NCBI RefSeq assembly: GCF_000143415.4
Contig: NW_003314335.1
Location: forward strand, 402,113-466,112
Length of the DNA stretch: 64,000 nucleotides
Direction: 5' to 3'
Source: Selaginella moellendorffii
Taxonomy: Eukaryota > Plantae > Lycopodiophyta
A model generated the notes under the pieces. That model had not been told where the DNA came from, did no database searches, and saw only the letters and a program-made list of their open reading frames with translations. Shown in pieces: positions 10,696 to 24,066 of this stretch; position 1 is the first letter of the stretch, and every line of letters starts with the position of its first letter. The position numbers and the translations under genes were made by a program.

Positions 10696-13546
10696 ATGGC
10701 CGCTGCCACTGCCGCCGCCGCCGCCGCCGCATTCTCCACACCCCGCCACCGGCGACGCGAGCGCTCAGGTGGGTTCCCAGAACCGCAGCTCAGCTCTACT
10801 TTCCTCCCCTCGCGCTTCCATTTCCAGCGTGAAAACGCACACAAGCAGCAGCAGCAATGCGGCGGCGATGGCCAACGTCGAAAGCCGCCGCTCGTCCGCG
10901 CGGAGGTCTCGACGGTGGTGCGCAAGCCCCGCAGCGGCGTCTTCAAGAAGCCCACCATGATCGTGGACGCCATCACGGTGGAGAAGGGCAAGTACGGCTA
11001 CGAGATCGAGTCGTGCATCAACTCGCTGAGCCAGCTCCCGCCGCGCGGCAGCGTGACGCGCTGCATGGACCTCTACCGCAGCAAGCTCACGATGCAGGAC
11101 TTCTCGCTCATCTTCCGCGAGTTCGCGGCGCGCAGCGACTGGCACCGAGCGCTCCGGCTCTTCAAGTACATGCAGCGCCAGCAGTGGTGCAAGCCCACCG
11201 AGCACATCTACACCATCATGATCGGGATCATGGGCCGCGAGGGGCTGCTCGAGAAGTGCTCGGAGATCTTCGAGGACATGCCGGAGAACGACGTCAAGTG
11301 GAACGTCTACGCTTTCACGGCCTTGATCAATGCTTACGGACGAAACGGGCAGTATGAAGCATCGCTCCATCTCCTGGCCAGGATGAAGAAGGAGCGGGTG
11401 GAGCCGAATCTCATCACTTACAACACGGTTCTAAACGCTTGCTCGAAAGGTGGCCTCGACTGGGAGGGACTGCTCAATCTCTTCGCGCAGATGCGGCACG
11501 AAGGCATCCAGCCGGATCTCATCACGTACAACACGCTCCTCTCGGCGTGTTCTTCGCGGGGTCTCGTGGAGCAAGCCGCGATGGTGTTCAAGACGATGAA
11601 CGAGTCCGGAGTGGTGGCCGACGCCGTGACTTACAAGTCCCTCGTCGACACCTTTGCGGGATCCAACCAGCTGGGCCGAGTCGAGGAGCTCCTCCGGGAG
11701 ATGGAGGACGAAGGCAATTCTCCCGACATCGCTGGATACAACTCTTTGATCGAAGCTTACGCCGACGCCGGGAACGTCCACGGGGCCGCTGGAGTGTTCA
11801 AGCAGATGCAGCGAGGCGGCTGCGCTCCCGACGTCGAGACTTACTCCACGCTCCTCCGGATCTACGGTAACCAGGGATGCTTCGAGCAAGTTCGCTCGCT
11901 CTTCTCGGACATGAAAGAACTCTCGACGCCACCCACGGTGGCGACTTACAACTCGCTCATACAAGTGTTTGGCGAGGGTGGTTACTTCCAGGAGTCGATC
12001 AATCTCTTCCACGACATGGTGGACAGTGGAGTGAAGCCGGACGATGCGACGTACTCGGCATTGCTCTCGGTTTGTGGGAGGGGAGGACTTACGAGAGAGG
12101 CCGCGAAGATCCATCAACACATGCTCACGAACGAGTCCACACCGAGCTTGGAGGCCTCGGCCGGGCTGATAAGCTCGTATGGAAAGATGGCCATGTACAA
12201 GGACGCGCTGGTTTCGTATTATAGGATCCGGGAGGCCGGGCTGGATCCACAGGTCTCAGCTTACGACGCTCTCATCCAAGGCTACGCAAAAGGTGGTCTT
12301 TACGTGGAAGCGGGGTCTACGCTCTACGCGATGAACAAGGCCGGGTTCCAAGCTCCGGTGTCCAGCGTGAACTCGGTTATGGAGGCTTACAGCAAGGTCG
12401 GGCTCCACGACGAGGCTCTGGAGTTTTTCTCCGAGTTGCAGCAAAAGGAGGGGAGTGAAGTGGACGAGAGGACGCACGAGACGCTGCTGGGGGTTTACTG
12501 CGATATGGGATTGCTCGAGGAGGCCAAGGAGGAGTTTGTCATCATCAAGGAGACGAGCAAAGTTCCCGGCGCTCGGGTCTACTGCTTGCTGCTCTCGCTG
12601 TGTGTGAGGCGAAGCAAGTAAGTTTTTCTTCATCCTTCTTTGAGAGTTTTCGTGTTTGTTTCCTTGTTTGTTATGCTTGTTGATAGATCGTACATTTCTT
12701 CTAGCGAGTGTGATGGTTTCTTTTTTGTCTTGCTTGTTTCTTCTAGCGAGTGTGATGGATCTTTGTTCTTTGCAGATGGGACTACGCAACTCAGCTCCTA
12801 GACGAGATGATCGCGGCCGGGGGCCTCCACCAAGTAGTCGTGGGGATTGTGCGTGGCACTTACGATGCCGACTTTAGCTGGCAAGTCGTGGAGTACGCTT
12901 TCGACGGCCTCAAGCTCCGGGACATGGAAGAAAGCATGGACTTCTACAACGCACTCGTCGAGCTCCTCGTCTACTGCAACCAAAAGGCTCGGGCCGCCCG
13001 AGTTCTCGCCGATGCAATGCAGCGAGGAGCCTTCCCCGAGGCGTTCATCAAAACTCGTCGCGTTTGGTCCGTGAACGTCCACAGGTAAGTGTTTTCCTCT
13101 CTAGTTTGTCTACCGGGGTTGATCTTCTCGTTGTTGCAGGATGTCCGCCGGTGCCACCGTCACTGCGCTGTCGACGTGGTTTAACGACTTGCAAGAATGC
13201 GAGAAGTTGCCTTTCATGACTTCCATCGTTGTCTCGTAAGTTTTCGCTCTTCGCAAGCTTTGAGGTCATAGCTTTTCTCTCGTTTACCAGGTGTGGTGAT
13301 ATCGAAGATCACAGGAAAGTGGAGGACTTACCAGTAGCGAAAGTGGTGCAAGCGTTCCTCAAACACTACGCGGCTCCACTCGAGACGGCGTCCTGGAACG
13401 AAGGAAGGATAGTTTGCAAAGGCGAGGCGTTAAAGCCGTGGCTCTCGAGCATGCCTTCCTTCAGCGAGACTTACGTGAGAAACGAGCCCCTTCCGGCTCA
13501 ACTCACAAAGCAGCTAGCCCAGTCCAAAGTTCCTTCTCTCAAATAG
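10696..13546 (+). CDS. PTAC2: Plastid PPR-SMR protein pTAC2
   Basis: Transit-like N-terminus, VEKGKYGYEIESCINSLSQLPPRGS...DWHRALRLFKYMQRQQWCKPTEHIYTIMI, many 35-aa P-type PPR repeats, WSVNVHR|MSAG SMR domain in later exons. Confidence 0.92.
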
Positions 13547-13994
13547 CTCTTTTGTGTACAGCGGAAAGAAGAAAGCGGCCATATACAAAACAAAAGAATA
13601 GAGAGACTCCTTCGATTTAAACCAAGTGTGTATGACAAACTGCTTTCTTTCTTTCTTCTTCCACTTTCCCTTTTGTCTTCGAAAGCTTTTCCCTGTATTT
13701 CTTCTTCCACTTTTCTCTTTGTCTTCGAAAGCTTTTCCCTGTAGGGGGGCCAGTCTCTGATCTTATCCCTTCACTTTTTCTCGCTTTGGCTAGCGAGAGC
13801 TCCTCGAGCATAGACTTTCTTTTTTGCCTCGATCGAGATCTTCTTCCAGCCCCGAGAACTTTTCCCTGTGCAGCCTCTCGACTTTTCAGACTGGTAAAAA
13901 CTAGCGTACCTTGCGAGCTGTTGCTATATACAACTTTGGCGACAATCCCCCGGAAACTTGTCGTCGAGGGGGACAAAAATTTATCCGTCCGCCG

Positions 13995-16268
13995 CTAATC
14001 CGAGAAAAGTGGCAGCTCTTCCGCCGCCGCTTCTCCTTCTGCGTGCAACACCTCCGTTTCATACGACCCCAGCTGGTCCTCGTCGAAATAGTTATAGCTC
14101 GTGTCGTTGTAGCTGCCGCTTGGATCGACCGGACTGTGAGCTCCCACCCCCTTCTCACATATGCACGCCGCCGGATTCTCATGAAACTCTCCTCTTCCCT
14201 GCTTCATCTCGTTCGGCTCTCCCATGAAGCCTTTCTGGAACGTTTTCACTTTAGCCGCAAAAGCATCCCAAGGCATTTCGTGCCGAGCGAGGAAAAGAGA
14301 CCCCAGTTTTTTCGTGTTTGGCCTGATCGTCCTCTTGTGCCCGTAGTAGCGCCTGTAAAACAGAAAAGAAAGCTTCGTGAGAAATAGAGGGACCACCTAG
14401 CACGTAGTTGACATACCTCCGGCCAGCTAGTATACGAGCCATGTTGCCATTGTTGTTGGTGACGAACACGTTGCTCTCGTCCGAGACGATGTAGTCCAGC
14501 GCCGCCATTCTCGACGAGTAGTGCAAGAAAGGCTGGAGCTCCTCCTTGGTGGTCAGCGTTTCCTTGGTGAAGTAGTTCGGAAACAATGCCTTGAGCGGTG
14601 CCAGTGACTCCTCTCCACCATAAACTTCTCCTGACGCGACGTAGAGGTAGGAATCGTTGCCAAAGCCCAAGGCCCTGAGCATCAGGCCGACTTCTTTGGG
14701 TGTTAGCGGGCACTTTCCGTTTCTCCGCTCCCTTTCCGGGCTTCGGACGTGCAAAGTCTTCCATCGCTTACGAATCGCTCCGAGTTCTTTGATCTCTTTG
14801 TCACCTCCCCCGTAGTAGCAACCGGAAAAAGCTAGCATATCAGATTCGTATCTGCATACATCAGAGGCTTTCATGAGTGACAACACCGCTAAAAACAAAA
14901 CATCAACCTCACCTCAAATGCAAGGCAATGTAGCGTTTGCTCATCTGTCTCATCCGACTTACAAGGCTGTTTCCCATATTCAATATCTCAGGAGTGAACT
15001 GTAAGGCCCTGTAGTTCACCCGACATCTCAATCTTTGCAGCTCTGGCTCAAGTTTGTTGGCGAGTCTATAATCAAATTTGGTCAGCCGCAGCACCTAACA
15101 GTCAAGTATTAGCCAAAGGATCTCTGGTTGGAGGCAAGTCTTGCGCCGTACCTTCTTCTTCTGCAAAATCGGGAGGATTTTGCTCTGATAATATTGCGGT
15201 GTACATTTTCGCGGGACACGCATCGACGTGAGATGATTTCGCTTCAAATACTTTGATCTCGCTGCTGCCGGCAATTCTTTGACAACGGAAACATCGGACG
15301 TGAGCGACTTGATGAACCAGTCGACGTCGAATATGTCACTGAAGTTGCTGTTTCAAACCCAAGCAATTAGTTAAGAGAGTGAATATCGATTCACGAATAA
15401 GCTACCTGTTGTCCTTCCAGTATGATTTGTGATCCAATCCTGGGACCACTAATGTAGCATTCAAGAGCCTGGCGGCAACCACGGCATCTGTTATCTGCAC
15501 GGCAAGTTAGCAATGAGCGAACTCTTAATCGCAAGCCACACGGCCTACCCCAGTCCGTTGTTGGTTTAAGCCTCCACTCGCTTCAATCATCAGATACCCA
15601 TTAGCTTTGGACGGAAATCCAACACCTGGAACGAGAGATGAGAAAAGTTGGTCGACTTTGGTAGTGGAAGAAAAGCAACGAACAAAAAAATATATATGAA
15701 GAAGAAGAACAAGAAGATTCTTAGTTCGAGTTTTTTTTCTTGCCTGAAAATGAAAATTCTTCCCTCGGCTCGCTGCACCCGTAGAAAAATCTCGCAGACG
15801 GCGACTCCCAAATGCTGTCGGACGAAATATCGCCCTCGCTCTGCAAGAGTTTTCCAAAAAGCTCAATAAAATGGTGGTTTGATGTCACGTCTTACCGGCA
15901 CATCTTGCAAATCCTGCGATCGTGCGAGCATGGGGTGGACGGTTCCTCGCTTCTGTCAAAGAGAAAAAAGCTAGATCGATCGAGCGAGAAGAGCACAAAG
16001 AGAACACAAAAAAGATGAGCGAGGAGGGAATTTTTACCAATTGGATGAAGGGTCCCGTGTGGCGGTCAAGATCATGCACGAGCATCGAAAGAAACGCCAG
16101 ACCCAGCAGCGCCGAGGCGCAAATCATCACCAATGTGGAGATCGCCGCCGCTGGCAAGGGAGACATCCTAGACGAGGAGGAGGATTTCGGCTGCTTGGCC
16201 ATCAACACGAGATACGCGTAACCCCTGCTCCGGCACACCCATGGCAGCCTCACCCCAAGAATCATCAT
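13995..16268 (-). CDS. O-fucosyltransferase family (DUF246/GT106-like) type II membrane protein; start may be 16202
   Basis: TM anchor; NGYLMIEASGGLNQQRTG, KFDYRLANKL, RLRCRVNYRALQF, YIALHLRYESDMLAFSGC, GKCPLTPKEVGLMLRALGF, RMAALDYIV, NNNGNMARILAGRR. Confidence 0.92.
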
Positions 16269-17717
16269 CCCGCTAGATTCCTGGCCCCGATTCCCATCTC
16301 ACACTCCGCATGCTCGATCCCGCCACATAGCAAATAGCGCGATAAAGAACAGCAATTCTTCCCTGGGAGCTCGGCGATCGCGGCGCCAAAGCCCTATCGA
16401 CTGCTCGGCGCGATCGAAGCCTAATCTCTCGGCGGTGGATTCTAAGCGATGGGGAAGAGCACGGAAAGATCCTGCATTGGTCGAGAGATTCTTGCGACCG
16501 CGCGCGAGAGAGGAGACAAGAGATCGATCGATTGGGCGGCTCCCCGCCCGCGGCAACGGCAGCTCCCCGTGTTGTGGCTATTTCTAACAGAGAGAACCCT
16601 TGAATCCAAAATAAAATAGGATAACACCTCCCCCATATATCATGCGAAAATAGTCGTAGACATACGAGAAAACTAGGGTTTAGCCTTTTCCCCATACACC
16701 GTATAGCGCACGCTTTTTTAATCCTTTTTCTCTGGGCAAAATGCTTGCATGATTTCTTTTCTTTTCTTCTTACCGTGGAAGAAATAAAAGCGCGAAGGGA
16801 ACGTTAAGCTTTAACTTTGGGCCCGCTTTTTCACCAACGGCCCTGTGTACGTACAAATTCTTCCAGCGAATATTCGCATGCAAACCATACCAAACGATTA
16901 GCTGAGTCCATATCATGCAAAGATCATGCCATGTCAGTACATTTTAATCATCTAGCTTGGTCAACTCCTAAGCTTGTTTAAACTGACACGTCAAGATATT
17001 TTAGTGTAATTATGTTAAATATGCATATTTTGAATACTTTTTTGCGCAACTTAGAAGTATATTATTACATGTCGCTTATATATATTCTATAGGATATAGA
17101 ATTTACTAAGTGGCACATTTGAATTTAAAAGGTTGTATCTTAAGATTTTTCTTGGAGGATTAGGTTTATTTGATTAGTAAAGAGACTTTGTCAAACATGA
17201 TCTTTATTCTCCTATAGCAATGTGGGAATTTTTACTTAGCAAAGTCTTGTAAGACATCTTGGACAATTGCTCTTTAAAACAATTAGAGATATAAAAACAC
17301 ATATCTAAAATTTTTAATTATCATTTTCTAGGATTAAATTCAGCTCACATGTCAATTTAGATACTTAAATTACAGATCAAAGCGTGTTGATTATGACTCT
17401 ATCTAACCACACTATCATCAATGAAAAATTAATAAATTAATTTTGATGAGAAATTAAATTCCTCTTAAAATTTTTCTCTCTATATATATATATCTAATAA
17501 TAGAGTTAATAAGTATTAGAATCTGTGAGTGCATGGAGCACTTAGATCTAGCAAATCTAAATAAAAGTTTCAGTATATTAAGTATATTATATATTTATGA
17601 TGAATATCCAAAAACAAAAAATTAAGAAAAATGATTATATACTTAATAAGGAGTATAATAATGACTAGATAATTAAAAAATAAAATTTATAATTTTAATA
17701 AAAAGTTTAAATGACAT

Positions 17718-20012
17718 TGTAAGGTCCAAGTGTAATATTAGCATAATGAGATTTTGATAATTATTGGATTGGTTTCAATCCAAACCAATCACTTCTACAT
17801 CTAAGTTAATTGATATGCATATTTCTGTATTCTATTTCTATATTCACATTGGTGGAGGTGAAAGGTGATGATCCTTGAGGAGTGCTTGAATTTAGGATTT
17901 TGGTTTATATCTAACTTTTGCATTATCTAAATCTCCTTTTCTTTATAGCTTTTTGAATTTCTTCTTTTTGTTTTTTTCCTTTTTGTTCATCGTAGTAGCT
18001 TCCTCCTCCTTTGACTTTGGACTAGTAATTGGTGCAATTGCTTAATAATTAAGCAATTAAACTCAGTTGATGGTGGCATTCACAATATATGGTATAACTC
18101 CTTTTACTTTTATTACCAATTTTCGTGTCCGGCCGGAGTTCTTTTATGGGAATTAATTTGTACTATTGATTCAATCACTTTACACTGATTGCCATATATC
18201 ATTGTTGGGATGATGTTCAATGTTTATGTGAGTTTCCTAAATGTCTCCAAGAAATAGCACTATAATGGTATAATGGTTTAAGCACAGCCATTAGTGTGGA
18301 TTGGAGCATTCTTATGAAATTTGAATATAATGATAATTGTGATAATGCCTTTCAACAATTAAATTGTCTTCGTCAAGGGCCATTTGAGTCAATGATGCAA
18401 TTTATCATTTGTTTCCAAAGCCTTTTGCTTCATATGAAACTAAATATATTAAAGCAGATTAAGTTGGGAATGTTGTAGCCAGCACTTCATCAATATCTTG
18501 TTAAACTTGCGCATATAATCACTTTAGCCATCTTTGATAATACTCTTCACTTGGCACAATGTTATAAAACATTATTTTTTCCACTTCTTGTTGTACGTCT
18601 TTCAGCTTCACTTCTTTTAAGTGGTTTTATTCTAATAAAAGTTGAATGTGCCTAACAGTGGATATCAATGTCCTCATCCTTGTCCTTGAACTCAGGCAAC
18701 AATAACAAATGAAATTAATCACATTTATCAGCATTTTTGGCATTTTTTGGATTGGCAATCTCCATTTCCTAGGTGGGGACCTTGGCATCAACAATGTCAT
18801 GGTATGGATATTGAGATTGTTTTGGGAAACAAGGAGTTGCATAAATAGCGGAAGGTCCTTGTACAAATAAATCAGTGACCCTTTCATCTTTCTTCTGGAA
18901 GTATTATTAAATGGTTCACTTAGCATTAATTCATCTAGTGTTTACTTTTTAAATTTATTTTTATAATAATAAGTCTTTTATTATTCATTCTGTATTGGTT
19001 GATACATACTCAAGTTTATCTTTTATTGCTCGGCCTATTGCCACATGTTGTTGTTTATATTTTTGTTATATAGAAGAGTTTAGGGTTTATTTTTTATAGC
19101 AATAGTTGTATATATATATGTGCACGAGATGAGGCAAACCTAGTTGTATGTATGGGCAATCTTGAGCTTGAACTGTAGTCATTGTAAGTGTTGCCAAGTA
19201 AAGTTTTTAACCTCATCCTTGGTATAGATTGATTGCGACATAATCATGTCAAATGTGATTTTAAGGATTTTCCCCCTTGTCTCATACTTTTTTATATTTC
19301 TTTTGTTCCTCACTTTTGTTCCTCTTTATCCTTTTACTTCTGTTTCCAAATTACTTTCTCCTTTGTTTTCGTTTTATTTCTTTATTCCCTTTTTAGATTT
19401 CTCTGATTGTCTTTGTGTTGTAGCAATTGACCGGCTCATAAAGAAGTATGCTAATTTTTTTGAATTTGACTTGTTGTTTAGGGCCAAGACTACAATATGT
19501 CATCTTATACCAACTGGGGATATTAGTCCAATCAAAGTTTCTATTTGGTATCAATCACCAAACGATATCAAGATTTTATATGTGAAAGTTAAAAAGACAT
19601 TAAAAAAGGGTTTTATCCAAAAACCTCAGAGTTTTTGGGCATGTGAATTTCATCTTGTCATAATGTCTAATAAATGTTTTTTTCTTCTACATTAACTATC
19701 ATTTGTTAAAAAATGTGAATATCCTAGATGTGTACCCTCTTTCTCACACTATAGATCTTTTGGATTGTATTGGGAGAAGTTATTAGTTTAATAAGTTAGA
19801 TCTTGCTTTTGGATACTAGGAAATAATTACTGATAGCCGAGGAAAATATTCCCAAAATTACTTTTTGTATACCATTTGGTTTGTATAAGTTATTGGTGAT
19901 GCTATTTGGTTTGAATAATACTTCACTAACTTTCTAGCAAATGATGGATGGGGTTCTTTGTGATATATTGAAGGTGACTATTGATTTCATCGATAATGTT
20001 TTGATCCACTTG
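17718..20012 (+). mobile_element. Ty3/gypsy family A copy 1 (5' LTR, PBS, decayed gag-PR-RT; 3'-truncated)
   Basis: LTR tgtaaggtccaag...attcaca (~17718-17849), PBS TGGTGGAGGTG, decayed RT motifs (..FGLNN, FIDNVLIH ~19986); collinear with reverse complement of 59.5-61.6 kb. Confidence 0.8.
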
Positions 20013-21730
20013 AAAGGGATGTATAATATATGACATTGGAACCATACACTTAGACTTTATATCATCTCCTCCTCTAAAAAGGATGGAAGGTAATTAAGAT
20101 TCTTTTATTGATGGGCTAGGATTTAAAGGAATATTAAGAGGAAGCACTAGTGGATCTGTAGGTAGTATTAGTTATTTATAATTTCTTTGTACAAAGTGTT
20201 TTAACCATTACATATATACAATTTCTGGAGGATTGGTCTATTAAACATCATGCCAAATCTCATAAATTTGCAGTCCAACCTGATACAATCCCTTCCATTG
20301 ATCAAGGAACCCCTCAAACAAACCACATACCAAAATATTAGGAAAACAAACCAAAATCAAATCATTTATTTTATACTATATACATGAACAATGATAAGAA
20401 TTGTAGTGATATTGTTGTCCCACTTATACGTGGCCTAAGTGTTTAGTAAACTCTACTTGGATAAGTGGAAGAATGATCATTAAATACTAATCCTAGAATC
20501 TAGCATTGGTAATTTGTAGCAATCGCAAAAGTAAACTCAACTCAGTTGGTAGTATTAGATTATGATTATATACAAGTTTATATAGAAATGCACCAATAGA
20601 ACTCTACACCCCTATGACATATGCATACTAAAAAGATGACAAATAACCATCCCAATCGAAATGTTGAAATTTTAAATATTTCCTAATCATTCCTTTGAAG
20701 GTCTAAACGAGCTATTCCATTAAACCATTTGTTTGTGGATGATAAACACTTATGAAAGTGTGGCATATCCCTAACCGAGACGTTAAAACGTGAAATACAT
20801 CAACCATAAATGTGTGATCATTATTCGAGAGAATCTGCTTTAGACTTAAATGTTGGAACACTACTTGATTGAGGAGGAAAAATCCAATAATACTTGTAAA
20901 TGCATTAGAAAGAGCATCAACTTTGACCTAACAAGTCAAATAATCAAAAGTAATAATGACATACTTATTGTCAATAATTGACTAAAGAAAAGGCCAGATA
21001 AAATTAAATGGCACCAACTCAAACGGATGGGAAATTATAATTGACTCTAACTATCCTTTTGCAACATAAAGGGGAGTATTAAAAGTTTGCAGCAAATGCA
21101 ATTACACAAAATGTACAAAAATCATCAATAAGTAATGTAAAATTCTCAAACCCATTATGAAACCCTTGAATCCATAGCTCAACCTTTTAAGCCTTTCGAA
21201 CTTTGTCAAGAAAAGGTAAATCTTGCTCCACACATTGTAGACACTAAATATCAAGTATAACAACTGTCAGTGGTACAGAATCCTCATCAATAAAATCTAT
21301 AAATGGAATAATAGGTTCATCAAAAATATGAGAAGACAATCAAGAAGGAAGAAGAGTTTGAGGAAAGGCATCAACATCAGCCATAAAACTCCTTGATGAT
21401 GAAGAACCTTGAAATCATATATCTGAAGTTTCAAAGCCCATTGAGTAATATAACCAATTAAATTCTTTTGCTTCAATAACAAAGTAATTACAACATAATC
21501 ACCTTTTAATAATGTCTGAGAACCATGCAAATATATATGAAGCTTCTCAAAACCCTAAATTATTGCTAAACACTCCTCTATTGTGGATTAGTTCACCTTC
21601 ACTGCTTGTAATATATAGTTGATATATGTAATAAGATGGCACTAACCATGCACATTTGAAATCTTTTGCATCAACACACCTCCAAGACCGATATTAGATC
21701 ATCCATGCGCAAAATGAAAGGTCAAGTGTA

Positions 21731-22263
21731 TGTAAGCAACCAAAGGGGAACGACTCGAGAGACGATCCATAGGGTTCAAATATAGAAGGAAAGGGCCCAT
21801 GAACAAGAGTGCACCCCCTTTTCCAATCGGTTAAGGGTCTTGGGATATTTGGGGTTAAGCGTCCTTGGGTTTGAATAGTACTGGGCTGGGTAACCTCCCG
21901 GGAAGTCCAAACTCAGGAGCTTACATTTGGTATCATTTGGTATTTGCCAGTTTGCTCCCGCTGGGCTCGACCTGAGGGGTAGGGTGTCAAGAGAGCGAGG
22001 CTCTCGAGAGAGCTGCGGCTCTCAGCTTCTGTTCACGAGGGCGTGAACTTGCAGGGAAGCGTGGTGGATTGTAAGCAACCAAAGGGAACGACTCGAGAGA
22101 CGATCCATGGGGTTCAAATATAGAGGGAAAAGGCCCATGAACAAGAGTGCACCCCCTTTTCCAATCGGTTAAGGGTCTTAGGATATTTGGGGTTAAGCGT
22201 CCTTGGGTTTGAATAGTACTGGGCTGGGTGACCTCTCGGGAAGTCCAAACTCAGGAGCTTACA
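21731..22263 (+). mobile_element. Cassandra-type TRIM with 5S rRNA-derived segment in both LTRs
   Basis: LTRs 21731-21925 and 22070-22263 (TG..CA; 6 transitions + 1 indel), PBS TGGTATCA, purine-rich PPT, perfect TSD GTGTA, 5S-like gttaagcgtccttggg...tagtactgggctgggtaacctcccgggaagtcc at 21854-21908. Confidence 0.95.
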
Positions 22264-23392
22264 GTGTAGTCAAGATACACCAAAATTGGAGGAGGCACCA
22301 ATAACTCTTTGAGATCTGTAAACACTCACTCATAGTTTACAAACTAGATAAAAGACAATGTTGACAACTCAAATAATATTCACAATAGTGCAGTGCGATT
22401 AGAAAGATGATCAACAAAACATCCAAAATACTACAGCTTCAGTTTTGAACAAAAATTTTACAACTAATCCAACACTTTATGAATATCACAAACTTGCTCC
22501 TCCTATGTTCTCTTTGAGTGGATCAAGACATCATCAATGAAGTCAGTAGTCACTTTTGGTATATCATAAAAAACCTTGTCCATTATCCCTAGAAAATAGC
22601 TGGAACATTGTTTAAACTAAATAGCATCACTAACAATTTGTACAAACCAAATAGTGTATAAAAAATAATCTTGGGAATATCTTTCTCAACCATCAACACT
22701 TGCTAATACCCAGAAGTAAGATCTAACTTGGTGAATCAACGACTTCTTCTTAGACGATCTAAGAGATCTTTAATATGAGAAAAAGGGTATACATCTAGAA
22801 TAGTCACCTTTTTTAATAGACAATAGTCAATGTAGAAGTAAATATTCCCATCAAACTTCATGATAAAATGAGATTCACACTCTAAAGGACTTTGAGATTT
22901 TTGGATAACACCCTTTTCTAATATTTCTTTAACGTTCGTGTGTAAAATTTTGATCTCTTTTGGTGACCCATGCCAAATAAAAACCTTGATTGGACAAACA
23001 TCTTTAGTTGGAATAGGATGACGTGTTGCATTCTTAGCTTTAGAAAATATATCAAAGTTAAAGAGATCAACATATTCCTTCTTGAGTCAATTTACCGCTG
23101 CAACACAAAGATAGTCAAAGGGATTTAAATAGGGAATAGAGGAGCAAAATAGAAACATAATAAGAAGTAATGAGGAGATTAAAGTGATGAAAACAAAAGT
23201 AGAAGTGGAAGGACAAAGAAGAATAGAAGAGAGAGGAATGGAAGAAAGATGATGAAGTATAAAACAATGGAGAAAAGCTTCAAAATCACACTTGGTATAA
23301 TTGTGTTGCAATTAATTCATATTAAAGATGAGGTTAAAAGTTTAACTTGACACCACCCACAACATTTGAAGTTCAAGCTCATGATGGCTTAT

Positions 23393-23680
23393 ATGCTTTA
23401 TTTCGTTAAAGTGGGACTTTTCATTATCCCACTTATGGTGTGTGGCCACATGCCATTTTTATAACAACAATAAAAAATTGAAGTTTTAACTTTATAATTT
23501 ATAAATTAAAAACTTTTCATATGATTTTGTGTTATAATATTGTGAAATATAAAAAAATAAATTAAAAAACTGATAGAAATATTAATAAATATTAATTAAG
23601 TACTAGGAAATGGCATGTGGACACATGCTAATTAATGTCCCACTTTACTGAATAAGTCCCACTTTAACGAAATAAAGCAT
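23393..23680. mobile_element. MITE, 288 bp
   Basis: Perfect 27-bp TIR atgctttatttcgttaaagtgggactt; inner inverted segment; TTAT duplicated; absent from homologous position in family A copies 1 and 3. Confidence 0.9.
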
Positions 23681-24066
23681 TTATATGCACAACTAAGTTT
23701 GCCTCATCCCATGTACATGCATATGTATGACCATTGCTATAAAAAATTAAGACTGGTTTTACCATACAATATAAGTGTAGATAATAATATATGGCAATAA
23801 GCCAAGCAATAGAAGATAAACTTAAACTTGTATTCACAAACATAGAGAGAATAATAAAAGACTTATTATTACAAAAATAAATTTAAAAAGTAAACACTAG
23901 ATGAATTGATGCCAAATGAACCCCTTAATGATACTTTTGAAAGAAGGATGGAAGGGTCATTGATTTATTTACATAAAAACCCTCCACTACTCATATGACT
24001 CTTTATTTCCAAAAGAATCTTTATGACAAGACCTTCCATTGTAGTAGCACCAATAAGACGTTATTG

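Noticed and set aside
10572-13082. Antisense and alternate-frame ORFs over pTAC2 (likewise over GolS, LOX and the phosphatase)
   Set aside because: Shadow ORFs of GC3-rich coding sequence with no recognisable motifs
21731-22263. Two 5S rRNA genes
   Set aside because: Only ~55 nt of 5S is present, inside TG..CA LTRs with PBS, PPT and TSD; it is a TRIM
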